Origin: a virus
Taxonomy: Duplodnaviria; Heunggongvirae; Uroviricota; Caudoviricetes
DNA: 9,275 nucleotides
IMG/VR virus record: IMGVR_UViG_2671181100_000005
Strand: one strand, 5' to 3'
Shown here: positions 6,751 to 9,275 of the stretch, one piece after another
How the letters are laid out: each line of letters opens with the position of its first letter
How positions within the stretch are numbered: position 1 is the first letter of the stretch
Program-made: the position numbers and the translations under genes
Notes under the pieces: model-generated
The model's database searches: none
Told to the model about the DNA's origin: nothing
Seen by the model: only the letters and a program-made list of their open reading frames with translations

Positions 6751-7056
6751 ATGGCTACAGGTTCAAAAAACGCAAAATCACAATCACTGACAGCTCGGAT
6801 CCCGCATGATGTTATTGAAGGCATGGAATCCGTAAAACTGGACGGTGAAAGCAACGCCGGATTCATAGTAACCGCCATGCGCGGTGAAATCGCCCGCCGC
6901 CAGGCAGAAGGAAGCGGAGAAAACCTCCTGGTTTCTTCGCTCGATGCCCTAGCGCAGGTGGAAAAAATCGGAGTCAAAGCCGCCGAGGAGATCGGGCAAC
7001 TCGTCACCGTCGCGCGTGAAGAACTCCAGCGACGCAAGGTCAAAGAGCAGGAATAG
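6751..7056 (+). CDS. Small DNA-binding-like protein, possible ribbon-helix-helix regulator (101 aa)
   Basis: ATG at 6751 with GAGAGGA 7 nt upstream. N-terminal SLTARIPHDVIEGMESV resembles RHH (CopG/Arc-like) beta-strand-helix starts; the C-terminus is predicted helical and charged. Divergent from the minus-strand operon. Confidence 0.5.
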   Translation: MATGSKNAKSQSLTARIPHDVIEGMESVKLDGESNAGFIVTAMRGEIARRQAEGSGENLLVSSLDALAQVEKIGVKAAEEIGQLVTVAREELQRRKVKEQE

Positions 7057-7113
7057 CCACTATCAGCGCCATAGTTTGAGGAACGCAGGCGCATTGCTTT
7101 ACAGGACAGCACC

Positions 7114-7293
7114 ATGAGCGACACAGAATCAACCAAAACACCATCACCAACTCGTAAGAGACGACGCAAAAATATAGCGCATGAACATGAATCAGAAAGA
7201 TTCGCACCTTGTTCGTTTGCTCTTGAGAAATTCCTTAAAGAGCACAGGAAAAAGCTCTCGTTGCAAACCTTGGAACGAACCAAATCTGACTGA
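7114..7293 (+). CDS. Small basic protein (59 aa), hypothetical
   Basis: Hand-translated ORF MSDTESTKTPSPTRKRRRKNIAHEHESERFAPCSFALEKFLKEHRKKLSLQTLERTKSD, below the track's 60-aa cutoff. AGGA lies 7 nt upstream. Followed by a strong terminator hairpin. Confidence 0.35.
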   Translation: MSDTESTKTPSPTRKRRRKNIAHEHESERFAPCSFALEKFLKEHRKKLSLQTLERTKSD

Positions 7294-7358
7294 TCACATT
7301 GCCCACCAGCCGCAAATGTGGCATTGTTGGTGATGCGTTCAAGTTTAGTGTGTATCCA

Positions 7359-7386
7359 TTGGCGACCGCCCCCGGTCGCCTTTGTT
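7359..7386 (+). terminator. Rho-independent terminator (plus strand), between convergent genes
   Basis: GGCGACCG (7359..7366), loop CCCC, CGGTCGCC (7371..7378), then TTTGTTTT. Confidence 0.6.
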
Positions 7387-7407
7387 TTATATGTCATATG
7401 CTCCCCT

Positions 7408-7617
7408 TTACGCTGCCTTACCTGAATTAATGCGATCCCGGCTTTTAACCCATTCCATAACCTCGGACAGCAGCCAACCTACAGAACGCCCACCAAGATT
7501 ACGGCGAGACGGAAAGCTCCCTTTTTTCTCCAGTTCGTAGCGTGTAGTGCGACACACTCCAGTTAACTTACGACATTCATCCTCACGGATTACGCGATCT
7601 TCATTTATTTCACGCAT
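7408..7617 (-). CDS. alpA: AlpA-family phage regulatory protein (transcriptional activator / excision regulator)
   Basis: RVIREDECRKLTGVCRTTRYELEKKGSFPSRRNLGGRSVGWLLSEVMEWV is a typical AlpA HTH. Start set at the internal Met (MREINED..., 70 aa, the usual AlpA size). The track ORF extends to 7704 through an AT-rich stretch that looks more like promoter than coding sequence. Confidence 0.8.
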   Translation of the reverse strand: MREINEDRVIREDECRKLTGVCRTTRYELEKKGSFPSRRNLGGRSVGWLLSEVMEWVKSRDRINSGKAA

Positions 7618-7997
7618 ACAAAAACCTACATAAAAATTACGTATATAAACTTTTCTCTTAGCTGTAGATATATGAGATCGGATATTACTTAGATTCTTTT
7701 TCACCTATTAAATTAAAAACACAACCATGCTAAAGGCTTTGTTCGCTAAGGTTCGTAGAAGCTCGTTAGTGTTTAAAATCGTGTCACGAGTTTTTAAGCG
7801 ACGCAACAAAAAATGTCGTCATTTGGCATGACACCTGAATTACCTCATTAAAAACAAATAGATAAACCATCAGATGTTGGAACAATCAAGAAACAGAGAA
7901 TAAGAACTCAGAAGAAGACATTTCAATTTTTTTCGATAGTTGACACATATAAAGAGAAGATATTTGCAGATATTCCCCGATATTCTAAGATCTATTC

Positions 7998-8030
7998 ACG
8001 GCTGTAATCTCTTAAAGAAAAAACAGCCGT
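7998..8030 (-). terminator. Hairpin just downstream of the integrase stop (weak terminator candidate)
   Basis: ACGGCTGT (7998..8005) and ACAGCCGT (8023..8030) form an 8-bp stem with a 17-nt A/T-rich loop. There is no clear U-tract after the stem on the minus strand. Confidence 0.25.
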
Positions 8031-8036
8031 AATTTG

Positions 8037-9275
8037 TCAAGAATTTTGGGGGTAAATTCGCGGGGTCATAACAACGATTTTTTCATCATTGTTCTGGAGA
8101 AGCTCGAGACGGTCTACCCATAGATTAAGAGCATCACGTTTTGCATCAAGGTAGCGGGAGTGGTTATAGACTCGTTGCATCCCTGGCATCTGGTGGGCTG
8201 TAAGCTGCTCGACAATATGCGGATCCACGCCTAAATCGTTCAGCATGGTTGTAAATGTGTGCCGGATATCGTGTAACGTCCAGGGGGCTTGATTAATTCG
8301 TCTGTGCGCTGTTCTTCCGTACTCTGCTACCGAAGATTGTCCTTTCAGTTCACCAAGCAATAAGCCTGTGTGTCTGTTCTGCTCCACCAGTTGCGTGACG
8401 AACGGCAAAATGCTTTCCGGTATTGGCCTGAATATGGCGACCTTCGTTTTGCTGTGCTCCTTCGGTACTGTCCAGAGCATTTCTTTAAAATCCCACTCCT
8501 GCACCTCAGAGCGCCTTAGCTCAGTGGTACGGCATCCAAAAACAATCAGGAGGCGAATTAGGGCGCTGTAGTATGGCGGGAATATTTTGTCATCCAGGGC
8601 GCGGAGTAATTCCCCAAGCTCCTTATTTGTTAGTACGCGCTCGCTCACTTCTGCTTTTTTTCCCACATCACCGACAACCATATCATCAAGAACGTTGCTG
8701 ATTGCGTATCGTCGTTTTCGGCAGTACTTAAGCGCCTGTTTGCATACCTGTAGCAAAAATCCGGCAGATACTGGGCTTCGCTTTGCCATCTGGTCAAAAC
8801 ATGCCAACCAGTGCCGTAGCTCGCATTTTTCCAACGGCAAAGCGCCAATCTGGCTGATTATGTGTTTATTGATCCGGCTTTTCAGTGATTCGTAGTCAGT
8901 GCGCTTTTCCTTTGCATACGATTCAAGCCAGTAAGTGAGCGCTTCCTTAACTGTCACGGGGGCTAACGCATCCTGTACAGCACGATTAAGCTCATAGCGC
9001 GGATTTTTCCCCTCAGCCAGCCAGGCGCGACACTGTGCTGCTTTTTCCCTGGCTGCTTTCAGACTCAGATCGGGATAATTGCCCAGTCTCAGACGTTCCG
9101 GTGATACCTGCCTACCAGTTCCGGCCCTGTAAGTGAAATACCAGGTTAACAGGCCGCTGGTGGAATGTCTTACGCTAAGATTGCCACCGTCATTAAAAAA
9201 GGCGTTTTTTGTGGTTGGTGATCCGCTTAATTTTCGTAAAAGAGTGTCGCTAAGTCTATGAATTGCGCTGCTCAT
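8037..9275 (-). CDS. int: Tyrosine recombinase / integrase, P4-type
   Basis: N-terminal arm-type region (NDGGNLSVRHSTSGLLTWYFTYRAGTGRQ... YPDLSLKAAREKA) is typical of P4-family integrases. C-terminal catalytic motifs HDIRHTFTTMLNDLG and RVYNHSRY are present. The ATG sits exactly at the window edge (9275). Confidence 0.92.
   Translation of the reverse strand: MSSAIHRLSDTLLRKLSGSPTTKNAFFNDGGNLSVRHSTSGLLTWYFTYRAGTGRQVSPERLRLGNYPDLSLKAAREKAAQCRAWLAEGKNPRYELNRAVQDALAPVTVKEALTYWLESYAKEKRTDYESLKSRINKHIISQIGALPLEKCELRHWLACFDQMAKRSPVSAGFLLQVCKQALKYCRKRRYAISNVLDDMVVGDVGKKAEVSERVLTNKELGELLRALDDKIFPPYYSALIRLLIVFGCRTTELRRSEVQEWDFKEMLWTVPKEHSKTKVAIFRPIPESILPFVTQLVEQNRHTGLLLGELKGQSSVAEYGRTAHRRINQAPWTLHDIRHTFTTMLNDLGVDPHIVEQLTAHQMPGMQRVYNHSRYLDAKRDALNLWVDRLELLQNNDEKIVVMTPRIYPQNS

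Larger units (their letters stand above)
1..9275. mobile_element. Integrated phage-satellite-like island (PICI / P4-like), partial; integrase end at right edge, packaging module continuing past left edge
   Basis: Gene content and order: int, alpA, primase-helicase, iteron ori, ssb, capsid E/D homologs, cos, Nu1-like TerS, almost all on the minus strand. Neither att site is inside the window. Confidence 0.7.

Noticed and set aside
6351-7397. 348-aa minus-strand ORF spanning the RHH region
   Set aside because: Its translation is low-complexity (Ser/Arg/Cys/Ala-rich) and antisense to a better-supported plus-strand gene with an RBS and terminator. Only its last 67 codons were kept as a possible gene.
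1-9275. P4-style capsid-size and helper-activation genes (sid, psu, delta) or a defence-system cargo
   Set aside because: No ORF has the size or motifs I would expect for Sid, Psu or a zinc-finger Delta/Ogr. No ORF longer than about 130 aa is unexplained, so no defence system is supported.

Overview
This window reads as the integrase-proximal part of an integrated phage satellite (PICI / P4-like island), with nearly all genes on the minus strand. It is a mosaic: a P4-type integration and replication module sits next to a lambda-type packaging and capsid module. From right to left: P4-type tyrosine integrase, AlpA regulator, a divergent small regulatory unit (RHH-like gene, 59-aa ORF, terminator), three translationally coupled small ORFs, a primase/SF3-helicase replication protein, a TGTTCACC iteron array (candidate ori) interrupted by a 77-N gap, an 81-aa ORF coupled to an SSB, lambda E-like major capsid and D-like decoration genes, a second AlpA-family HTH protein, a lambda-type cos site, and a Nu1-like small terminase. 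No terminase large subunit, portal, protease, scaffold or tail genes are present in the window, and no recognisable defence system, tRNA or CRISPR array was seen. All homology calls are made by eye from remembered reference sequences and motifs; no database search was run.
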